A stretch of 64,000 nucleotides of DNA from Phoronis australis (lineage: Eukaryota; Animalia; Phoronida): contig NMRA01000085.1 in assembly GCA_002633005.1 (NCBI GenBank), positions 784,565 to 848,564 of the forward strand, given 5' to 3'. Below, piece by piece: positions 12,601 through 24,600 of this stretch. The notes under the pieces were generated by a model, which saw only the letters and a list, made by a program, of their open reading frames with translations, was not told where the DNA came from and searched no databases. Position 1 is the first letter of the stretch. Each line of letters begins with the position of its first letter. The translations under genes and the position numbers were made by a program.

Positions 12601-15600
12601 TTTGAGAGATTTTGTGTTAACTTTTAATCACTTTAAACAAATATTTCAAAACATGCCAATGCAATTCAGAGATAACATTCTCATGAGATCGTGCACAAGA
12701 ACTGATAAACACCTCGCGCTCCCTGGTTGTTAGAATATTAGCATTTGCTTTTGTTGTAAACATCAAACATCAGCGGCTTATGTGTCTTATCAAAATGTGA
12801 CTGCGAATGACAGGGAAATGTGTGATCAATGACTGCTAATTAAAAATGCATGGAATGTAAACTTAAGGCTGATAGGTTAACTGGCATGATTGCTTCTAGT
12901 GTGCGATAATGGTTTGACAATTGTGTTCTGTTGTATTGTGGTAAACACTGTCATGTCCATGTGCACTTTCGGTTTCTCCCTTTCTGTTTACTCTGCTAAA
13001 GAATAAGAAAGTGAAGTCGAAGAAGAGAGATCTAGTTGTTTATCCGTTAAATGACAAAATGAGGGTGGAGGACTTAGCTGAGGAAATAAACAAGAAACCC
13101 CTTCCTAAAAAATCTCCCAGGAACAAAAAGCCGTATGACATTCCACTTAGTCAGGTATAAGATGTTGTTGATGTTTTGATTTGGTAGTGTACTATTTCTA
13201 TCAGTTTAGTGTCGTGAAACTCTGCGTTTTTATTTCTTTCTCAAACCAATCTTGCGTGTTATTTTTCTGCTTGAAATTGTAAATCTGTTATTCGTGACAG
13301 CAACGACAAAGTGGTAATCATGTGAAGGTGTTTTATCACTTCATCAGTAATTTTGAATTTGCGCCAATTTATTTATTTTTTTTGATTAAATGATTTAGTA
13401 CAATCCAAGGTTTATCTTTTCTCAAACTTTAGTACAATTACAGGGCTGGTCTCAACACACACTGTAACACTAAAATGTAATATCTCCTACTTTAACCCCC
13501 TTTAATAGCAGATGCCAACTTCAAGGTTTTTGTTCTTTTGCTCCTCATGTTTCGATTCGATTGTGTATTATACACTTTAGCACAATCATGAGTTTTCAGT
13601 TCGTTGTTCAGAATTTCTTGTTTTTGCCTCCGCTCTCTCTTTCTCCCTCTATTTCTCCTTATCTCTCTTATCACTTGATGTTCATCCTATCCTTTGTCCC
13701 CTAACATTGCTTGTCTCTCTCAATCTCCTTTGTCTCCTACTAACACTGCTTGTTTATTGTTTCTGTCACCTTCTCCATCTCCTAACTCTCCATGTTTCCT
13801 CTGTCTCTCTCTCTCTCTTCCTTTCTAGTCTAAGCCACCTGTACCCCTTAACCCCACACTGTCTTCTCATCAACGTCGCAACAGCAATAACCGCATGGCT
13901 CGTCGCGTCACCTTTTACAGTCCTCCGCATCAGTCAGCAGGTCAAAGACCAAAAATGTCATCCATTCATGCAACGCCTCCGCGTGCAATGGTGCACCAGT
14001 TTGACCAGAGGAATTCATCTGTTCAGACTCCACCTGCTTCTCCCATGAAACGTAATGAGTGCCAACAGAATGTCCAAAGACCAACACTTGTTAACATCTA
14101 TCCGCCCCAAAGTCCTGCATCATCAACATCATCGTGTTTTCATCGATCTCCCTTAGTATCACCTGTAAAAAGTCAATTGTTTGGCTCGCCAGTCCGAAGC
14201 CCAGTGAACTTGATTCAGCCCGGCAGCCCAAAGGTGTTGTGTCTTGCAGAAAGCCCTACCATCCCAGGAACGTTTGGGATATCCCATCAATTTACTATAG
14301 TTAGAGAAGATGATCTGGTACAGCCATCCCCAGTTTTGCCTTCAATGCACCATGAACTGGACTGTGCTTTAGGAGAATTTCTAGTACAGCCTTGCCCCGT
14401 GCAGCTAAGCTTGGGAGCTCTTGGTCCACCGCCGAGACCTCCAAGAAAAATGAATTCCGGGACCATTACCCATAAGTTACCAATGTCTCCACAACTAAGA
14501 CCTCCAAGAAGACAAGCTCCCAGTGCCCCACCACACAAGTCACCAATGCCTCCGCTTGTAACTCCTCCAATAAGACCAGACGTGGAGTCTGTACCACACA
14601 CGTCACCAATGGCACCACTTCCAAGAAGACAAACACTTGCTGCCATACCTCAAAAGTCACCAGTGTCCCCACCAGCAACACCTCTAAGAAGACAAGCTCC
14701 TGTCACCGTACCACAAAAGCTACCAATGGCTCCAATAATGACACCTCAAAGAAAACCACCTCCTGTTACTATACCACAATCTTCACCAATGCCTCTACTA
14801 ACAACATGTGCAAGAAGACAAGCTCCTGCCACAGTGCCACAAACATTACCAATATCTCCGCTAGTGACACCTCTTGGAATCCAAGTTCCTGCCACCTTAC
14901 CACTAACGTCACCAATATCTCCATTAGTGACATCTCTAGACATACAAGCTCCTATCACTGTACCACAAACGTCACCAATATCTCCACTAGTGACACCTTT
15001 TGGTATACAAGCTCCTGTCACCGTACCACAAACGTCACCAATATCTCCACTAGTGACGCCTCTAGGAATACAAGCTCCTGCCACCATATCACAAACGTCA
15101 CCAATATCTCCATTAGTGACATCTCTAGACATACAAGCTCCTGTCACAGTATCACAAACGTCACCGAAATCTCCTCTAGTGACACCTTTAGGAATACAAG
15201 CTCCTGGCACCCTATCATTAACGTCACCAATTTCACCACTAGCAACACCTTTAGGAATGCAAGCTCCTGTCACAGTACCACAAATGTCTCCAGTATCTCC
15301 ACTAGTGACACCTCTAGGAATACAGGCTCCTGCTACCATACCAGAAGTGTCACCAAAGTCTCCATATGCGACAGCTCCAACAAGAGAAGCTCCTCTCACT
15401 GCCCCCCAAACCTCACCTGTATCTCCACAAAAGTCACCTTCAAGAGAGAGACTTGACTCCTGGACCTTACCACTCAAGTCACCCATCTCTGCTCTGCCTT
15501 GTCCGCAAGTTCTTGAGCCACCAGGTCATCCCAAGTATGGCTCCATGAAGACACCAACACCTCAACTATCAGCTAGCTCTGAGCGTTCTCCATTCTTTGC

Positions 15601-18600
15601 TGATAGAAACCAGCGAAAGAATTCTGTTCCTTCCCTTAACTCTTTTCGGCGTCAGATACTTCAAGATACCTCGGCATTGATAAAAACAGGTGAAAAGGGT
15701 GTCAATAATGACCTTGTAGTATTGGGTCTGACCTCTTGGGAAGACCGCAAAATGGAAGTCCTAAGTGATGCAGGTGTATACCATATGATAAGAGATATTG
15801 AAGAACATGTAATGAAGAATGATGGTGCTACATCAGACCATAAAAACCCCATCTCAAGCACTTCTGAAGCTGTTTGTCATGCACCCAATGAAAAGCTAGG
15901 TGTTGTTGCTTCACCTACTGGTGGTCTTGGACAAGCTTCATCGACCAGTGAAAATTCACAGCTTTTTGAGAGGCAAAGCGTCCAAGTGCTAGGAGTGGTC
16001 TCTAACGAAGAAAGCAAAAATGATGTGGAAAGCGAGGCAGATGTGTACCAGATGATGTCAACTTCTGAGGGAGATCATCTCTTATTGGGTGAAATGTTTA
16101 CATCAAAGTGTGGATGCAAAGACCCCGACACTGTTGAAGCAGAGTGTCGCCTATCCATTAGACCACTGAATGGTATTGATCCAGATGGTAGTGATTCAAG
16201 TACAATGGGTTGTGAGCATGCTACCTCTGGCAATGAAGTTGTACCGGCTTCTGAGGTAGAAATTGCACCATGTGACATAGTACAAAATGCTGGGCACTCT
16301 ACTGGTCACGTTGATTCCCCTGCAGTAAACCACAACCAAGCACATGGTGTCTGTATTTCAGTCAATGACTGGTTGGAATTATCTGCCTCTGAGACGGTTT
16401 CTTTGCACGCTGAAAGGCCACATTCCATGCGTTGCCACGACTGTGAATCTCAAAATTTAAGACAAAAGTTGGACAGTTATGTTGAAACGCCGTCCCATCA
16501 TCTGGACAGTGCAGTTCCCGTAGAAGAACCTGGGAATGAAAGAGATGCCAGCAATAACAACATGTCCATTGTGACTGATAAGCTCAACGGACTTACTCCA
16601 TTGAAACAAAAACAACTAACTCAAGAAACTTGTTTGTCCACTGCGACAAGCCGGGACAGGTGTGGAATAGAAAACGAATCTAAAGTACGAGAGATTGTCT
16701 TCCAGCAACATGACAGAATTGAATTTGAAAGTGAAACTGATGTGTTTCATGTGACCCCATCATTTGAAGGAAGCAAGGTGGTGAATGGTGACTTAACTAC
16801 ATCAAAATATGATGACCTCAGTAGTGTTGATGAAGCTGTTCATCACTCATCCAGTGGAATGCTGGGTAATGTTGACCAAGGTGATGTTGATTCACATACA
16901 GCTGACCATGCTCTGTCCCCTTCAGCCAGTAAAGTTGACCATATTTCTGTGACAGGAAGTGGCTGCTATGACCACATTGGTTCACCTACACAAGGGCACA
17001 TACAAAGTCATACCAACAATATCTCAACTAGTGGAGGGTCACAATATTTCTCCTCAGAAGCAAGTTTTCCAGAAGCGAAAAGACCGCATTCCTCTCATTT
17101 TCATGATATTGAATCACAGAGTCCACCTCAAATGTTGGACAGTGTCGCTGAAATAGGATACCAGGATCTGGCCTTAGCTGATTTCGTAGAAGAATCTCTG
17201 GTTGTAAGAGAGGTCGCCCTTAATGACTCACTCGTTGCGACAGGCAAAATCAACGAACCAGATGTATATCGGACAATATCGCCCACTAAAGAAGATCATC
17301 CAGTGAAGTGTGACGTAAGCAAATCTGAAGAAGAAAACCTTGACCCTGTCACTAACACTGATGAAGATATGTGTCGGTCGAGTTGTCAAACACTACCCCA
17401 TATTCACAAAGACGGTGTTGTTTCTTCCATATATGGGCATGGCGAAGTCCGTACTTATGCTTGGTCTGGCCGTAAAGTTAAAAGTGACACGGTCAAATGT
17501 GCAGGGCACTTTATTGACCACACTATTTCTCCTTCAGTTGGTCATCAGCAAACGTCCACGGACTGTAGTACCTCAACAAGCGGCGAAATAATTTTAAAAG
17601 AAGAAAGGTCGCCTTCTGCTAATTCCCTATGTAGTGAATTACATAGTCCAAGGCAAACGTTGGACTGTGGCATTGACAGACACGGTCAGAATCTTGCCAG
17701 AGCCATCCCGTCTGTAGAATCTTTGGGTGTAAGTGGTACTTCAACTGGTGAAGAGTTGATTTCTTCGAAAACAGAAAGATCTTCCTCTTCTTATTCCCTG
17801 GGAAGTACATCTGTAAGTCCGAGACAGGAGTTGGACAGATGTCTTGAACAACGATGCCAAGATCTAACTAGCACACTGTTCTCAGAAGACTCCGAGAATG
17901 AAAGTGAGGCTAGCATTAGAAGCACATGCTTTGTCATGCATGAAATCAGTGAGGTGGGTCACAGCCACACTCAACATAGCCGTATGTCAACAAGTGGTGG
18001 GTCACAGATGTCAATCGCCGGGAAAGGAAATCACCGTTCAGACACTAAATCCGTCACTGGAGTGTATTGTAGCTACTCAACCAGAACCAGTGAAAATGTA
18101 AACGAGCCCGCGAGAAGTGGCATTTGCTACAACAGGATGCCTGCGGAAAAGACAGTAGCCAATCAGGTTGGCATTCCTATGTGGGAAATAGACATTAATT
18201 CAGATAGCTACTCTGGAGGTATAAGACAGTCGCCACAATCAATGGACCATAACTACAGTGTGTGCAGAGAGAACGCTTGGAGTTACATGCACTTTCCAGT
18301 CTTCTATCAGGTTCTGTTCTTTGTTTACTCTTTCCGTTTTGTTTCCTTTGTTGTTCCGGCTGACCCAGTCGACATTGCTTGTTGGTGGCATGACTTATTA
18401 ATTATGAAGTTTTTTTTTGAAATTTTATCTATGTCACTTCTGCTTTAAAACATTTGATAAAATCTGAGAGCCGTGCAGACATTGACTGCAATTTTCAAAA
18501 GTTCCATAAATCTCCAACAGATGTCAGCTACAGCTGGTCTTGATTTCCTCTTCTTGTCTTCATAATTTTTACTTACGCTTTGTCAGTACTAACCTACTAG

Positions 18601-21600
18601 GTTAATAGAACATTTGACAATTTCATTGAAAGACCCTCTAGTTATGGCTAACTAATGCGATTTCACATGGATATCAGGACGGTGCAGCAGTTTTAAATGA
18701 TCTTAAGTGTTTTTTTATTCACTCGTTGTGCTCTGGTTGAACTTTAACCCCGTTGCAATTAAAGGTGCTACAACTGCGCCTTCCAGCTCAAAAATCAACT
18801 TTGACTTAGACCACTTCCATTGTGAAATTGGTCTAGAATTGTTCCTTAAGGGAATTGAAGGACTGGTGACTTCAGGGCTTGGAAAGACCTGACCTTTTTG
18901 TTATTGCTTGTGTCCAGGCTCTACAAGTGGGCTTGTCGCTACTTGACATTTTTAGTACCAACCATGGTTTTAAGGAATTATGAAATCTCAGTTGTTTCCA
19001 AGCCCGTGACCCACTTCCTGTCTGAGTAAGGAAGAAGTCGAGACCAATTTTATAGCGGTAAGTTGTCTAAATCAAAAGTTTAGTTCTTGTGCATAACGGC
19101 TTATAGCAGCTTTAATCGTGTTGTATTATTTGCTTGTTGGAGTGTTGTGTTGTGGTAGCATCGTTAACACTGTCTTGATGGCTTGTTGTTAACCTTAGTA
19201 TGGGAAAGTTGGTAATAACCGATGGTGTTCGGTTAATGTGCAATTTTTCTGTGACTAAAAGGTTAGTAAGATTTTCAAAAAAGGGAACTCAGAATTTAAT
19301 GAATACTCAATATCCTATGAAGATATTAATCTCGTGGGGTGTCTGTGGTCGCAATGTTGTCTAGTTCGTGTTTGCTTTGCTTGTAGCTCCGATGAACACG
19401 TTTCAAGTCTAAGAAACTCAACATTGATTTAGATCATTTAACGCTAAAAAACTGGTTCAAATTGGTCCAAATTCAGGTCGGTCAAATTAAAGATGATTTC
19501 TAGGCTTGGAAAATCTGATATTTTGTTGTTGCTAGAGTGACAAGCCAACTCCTTGAGCCTAGTCTTAAACTTTAAAGAACTGTCTTCTCTTCCCAAGCCC
19601 TGAATCACCTCTAGTTTGATCGAGGAACACTTTGAGATCAATTTCAAAACTGTAAGTGGTCTTAAGCAAAAATTTGACGTTGTGCCGGAAAGCAAGCTTA
19701 TGATCACTTAATGAACTTTCTAGTCAGCAGCATTCTCGATCAGTGGTTGTGTCAATAGTGAAATCGAAGTGTTGTGTGTTGATCGGTTGTGGCTGTTGTG
19801 TTTCAGACGGTAGAGAGGCAGCAGTCGAACACCTCAAGTGGTGGTGGTAGTACGTCCATGGCGCAGCCGGACTCCCCCAATGTGAACCCCACCAGATTTA
19901 CATTCCAGCCTCAGCAGGCCGTAGCTGGGGACCAGGCGCAGGTGCGACGATCGTCGGCCCCACAAATATCTCCCCGCATGCAGCAGTACAGCCAGTTTGC
20001 TTCAGCTAGTCATGCCGTACCTGCCGCGAGGCCTCCTGTTGGTGACTTGTCACGCAGGGCCGAGCGACAACCCCCTGTTGATTCTATGGTTTGTGCTTCT
20101 ATGTTTTGCGGTGTCTCCCTCTTTTTCCAACTTTAGTTCTATTGCGTGTGCATGGCTTGCGTTTCTGACTTACAGTTCTGAATTAATGTTTGTTAGTTTT
20201 CACACTTTGGCAACTAGTCCAGCATTGTTGTTGCCCTCATTGTCATAGTCATCCATGGCAACGCCTCTGTCCAGCTGAACATTCTCTCTTGAAAAGGCAG
20301 ATTTTCACTCACGAATTTTAGTTTTCAAAGACTCGCTCACCTCTTAGTCAGGAACAGTCACAGTTTCAGCGGTACCTTGACTTATATGCATGGTAAAATA
20401 CCTGGCTTAGATTTGCACACCTGTCTGCCTCCTGGGTCTCAACAGACTTCAACTGCTTCTCAGAAGTGTTGTTTTTGCACAAAATTGTTGTCCTCATTCG
20501 GCTAAACACCCAGCCCCTTGATTTATGAGATCCTCAATTTAAGCGCCTGGGGCGGTAATGCAAAGAATTATGGTAAATAAGGGCACAGGATCGTGTTTTC
20601 AAAGTGTTGTCTTATTAACTTTGTAAAAGTATTTTGCTTGCAGTAAATCTTCACTTATTTAGCACACAATATTAGCGGACAAGTGAAGTTGTATTCTCTC
20701 AAATTTCTCCTCAAAAATAAAGATTAAGAAAACATTACTCTGTCACTAGCTTGGTTCGTTTTGTGAAGATATCATGAAACAGCTTTTGGTAAAATTTGCG
20801 ATCATTTGCAGTAAAGCAATCTGCCTTTGAAAATTTCAAAAATGAGAGTTTTGGCCTTGGTTTTTGTGTGAAATATGTGGAGAACTGCTGCAATCTTGGT
20901 ATTACCAACTGCAGTTCATGTACTTAACAGTTGCTTGTATTTCAATCGATGTCTTGTTTCACAAACCATTCAAAACTAAAATTCCATAAACAGCCCTCCT
21001 GTTAGGTGGATGTAGAAAATTTCCTCCAAATTGTGTTCAAGGGACGTGGACAGCGACACTGCTCTCTGGTAGTCATTTCCGTCTAATTTCAATGCATGCC
21101 AGTGTTTGTGAAACTAGTCACAGCTTGACTAATAGTTTGGCATCATCTCTTTTCAGACTGACATGTAGATTTACGTGCATGCTGTTTTTGCCTTTAAATG
21201 TCTAATGGATATGATTTGAATAATACTAAACGTTTAGTATTTGTTGTTATTATGTCATTAGTTGTTTTAGTAATGTGGAAGATAATTCTACACTGTGTGA
21301 TGCTGTTGTATAGTCAGTATGTAGTTGTGGCACCTCGTTGAACTGATAGCAGGAATTTCAATGTAAGAGGCTGGCATTTTTTTAAATATCATAGACTTAG
21401 GATGTCTTTGCAAGTCCACGTCAGTCTTGGCTATAACCAAGTCAATTGTAAATGCTTTATGCCTATAAACCTACCTTCCATTACAAAAACATGTTCTGCT
21501 TTAGACCATTTACCTTCACAGTGAAATAAGGGGTGATTTGGGAACTTAAAAAGAACGTAGAGTTAGTGATTACTCGAGATCAGACTCTACAAGTTGGCTT

Positions 21601-24600
21601 GTCATGGAGTGTCATTTGATGTGCCCAGGGTGGTAGCGAGCAATAATGATGTCGGTTATTTGCACTCCCATGAATCATTTCTCATGTATCCAAGAAATAG
21701 GTTGAGATCTATTTTATTTGAAGCGGTACTAGTGGTCCAAATCAAAACCTAGTTTCTTGGATGGAATGCGCTTTTGTTGCCGTTTACATACAAATCTTAG
21801 AAGACTGGAGGGATATTATGTAAGGCTTGGCACTAGCAATCTGCACATATCACCATCACTTGCTCACTCATTAAACATTCACGATAATCGTCTCTAACTG
21901 TGCATCGTCATATCAGCAATATGTCTGCTTCTTCTATAACAAAGATATGATTATGCAGGATCCCAGCATATATTTTCAAACTGTGCAGATATCTGTCTTG
22001 TTAATGTCAATTAATATTTCCTTTATCTATATGCACGCCAGTCTTGTGGAACGTCTGCCTCGCAATAAATGATTTCTGCACCATATATTACTTGCTAAAT
22101 AAATGGTTTTGGTGAACTGTATATATTGCAAGAGGTATTTCTCAAAAATAGACTTTTTGAGAAGCTGCATTTTCAGTTCCTGTTGGCCAATTAAGAAAGA
22201 GAAGCAATGAGAAGTCACGCCCATCTTGGCTATATATGTGCGAAGGGGCGGAGCTCTGCTTGTCAGTCTACAGCTTCTCTGCTGATGAAAACTAAGAACA
22301 TAGTATGGACCTTTCACTGAAAGTGTGAACCATTCATGTTCAAAATGTCCTAACTGTCAATGTGTCGTTTAAGGTTTCCAAAGCAATTGCGAAGCATGCG
22401 ATGATTTTATTGCAGTGTTTTCATAATTGCTTCTGCAGAGACACTGTGCAGAGGTTTTCATGTTTAAGTGTTCTTTCTAGGGTCCCCGTTCTCGCCAAGT
22501 CTCAGAGAGTGCTGGCAGTGAGAAAATTGACTCAATAACACCAGTGCCACCTAGTAAAAAGGAGATAAAACCTGTACCCAAGGTAAGACGAGACTAGTCC
22601 TGCAAGTGCTGCACAGTTGATCACCCATCTTTAGCAGATGTTTTATTCATTGGTTTATCGAGTTGTACCCTTTGCTCTGACATGGATGTTAGGGTGTGCT
22701 TCTTAACCTTGACAAGAACAGTAGTTTTGGAAAAAGTTGACGAAATTTCTTCTGGTGGAAAATTGTTGAAATTGCGGAGCAAAAATATCCATCAATTTTC
22801 AAATCTTGTGCTTCACTTGGTTTGCATTATGCATGCTGACATCTTGGGAGGGCTCGTCAACTCATGAAACCTCTTCTTACTAACTGACTAACAGAATTTC
22901 AGAACCTGCTTCAGTCGGAAAATAATCCTGGACAAATTATACTATATTTATCTTGGGCCAGCTACTGATTTGATTCTCTTTAGTTATCGAACTAGCAACA
23001 TGGTTACTGTTCTGGTTGCATCCAATATCTTAGCATAACTGTCTAAACCTAATTTTCATGACATTGATTCTACTATATATCCCACGGACGTGAATTTTGC
23101 AGTTTGGTAAATGTATACTGTCTGTCTTACAGTCAGGCAGTTGGCTGGGTAGATGGTTGAAGTGGCCGGGGAAGTCTAAGAATGAAATGATTCTGCCAGA
23201 TGACAAGAACCCTACTGTAAGTATTTAATAATCTTGATCAGTCATTTTGTGTACACACTGAACAAACTATGGACTAAACTGTCTAAATCTTTTATTTTTT
23301 GGAGCAATTCTACAAAGTAGATTATTTCAATTGTCGAACGTATCGTGAAGAATTAGTGTAAAATCAATTTGTGCCGCTGTGTTTTGCAATATTTGACATC
23401 GTTTGCAGATCATCTGGGACGATAAGCTAAAGAAGTGGGTCAACACAGCTGCGGATGAGGATGAAGAACCCCCAGCCCCGCCCCCACCCAAGGATATTGA
23501 CTTGAAGGGTAGGGATGTGCTGAGTGAAGCACAGGCAGCTGTGCTTTAATACACATTGCATCAGACCTGTACAGATCATTCAGCCTAGCCCATTGTACCA
23601 GACCCCTGAACCATTTTTGTTTATACTCATATGCACTCGAAAATTTACGACCTGAGGAGCTAGTATCCTAACTCAAAGGTCAAGCAATGGGATCCAGTGG
23701 GATTTGAAGCCATGACCTTGAGAATAAGGTAGGCACTCAACCCACTAGGCAACACTGCCTCTTCTTGCTGTCGACTGTTACAAGTTTAGTGTGGTATCTT
23801 ACATAGATTTTGGTCATTATGTATGGGCTGTTATGTATTTCAAGCATTCTTCTATTTATAAATGAAGTAAGAAAATAACCTCTGAGGTAATTGTGGTTTT
23901 GAAAGTGATCCATGGTTGAAGGCGTATTAGTCGAGAGTCCATGGAGTCACTAATAAGGTGTATCGTATCAGTGTGTGTGGCTTACCCTACCACGATTGGG
24001 CAACTGAAGTTTCTTTGGTCTATGTCTGACCAATGAAAACGCTCTTATGCGGCTTTGCATTGTGGGATATCATCTGCTTTGGAATTCATGTGAATATGTG
24101 GAGTGCATAATTTTGACACGAACGAATTCCAAAGAATCAGTGTGCAGATAAATTATTAAGCCAGTCCCAGAATGCACTAGTCGTAAAATCCACCATGGTC
24201 TGTTAGTCGGTTATAGTGGCGAGTGGACCCCAACACACACACACACACGTTAGCTCACAATGTTGGCTGTATGAGAATGATGTCATAGGACAAGTCAGTA
24301 GTGCCTATTTGTAGAATGAGTTGCTAGTCAGCTGTTCCCAAAATCTAAAAAGACTCATCTGTCACTTATACAACTTCTCAATCCTATTTTTATGCGCCCA
24401 CATATTTATATGTGGACGTATTATGCCGTCATCTCTGTCCGTCCGTCTGTGTGGCGTCCGTCAGGTGTCCGCTGCTTTATCTCCAAAACCCTTTGACATC
24501 TGTTCATGAAATTTGGCACATGTGTTTCATTCATGAATGGGACTGCATGAGTGAACTTTCGGACAGATCCGACTACCGGTGTGCCCCCTAGTGGCAACTT

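Noticed and set aside
14287-15486. Antisense and alternate-frame ORFs (14287-14646, 14746-15486, 14806-15456)
   Set aside because: Shadow ORFs produced by the 63-bp coding repeat
18218-18224. Donor GAG|GTATAA as the end of the giant exon
   Set aside because: Phase 1, incompatible with the phase-0 acceptor at 19807
23971-24248. Possible old foldback element
   Set aside because: Inverted similarity too degenerate to define termini or a TSD
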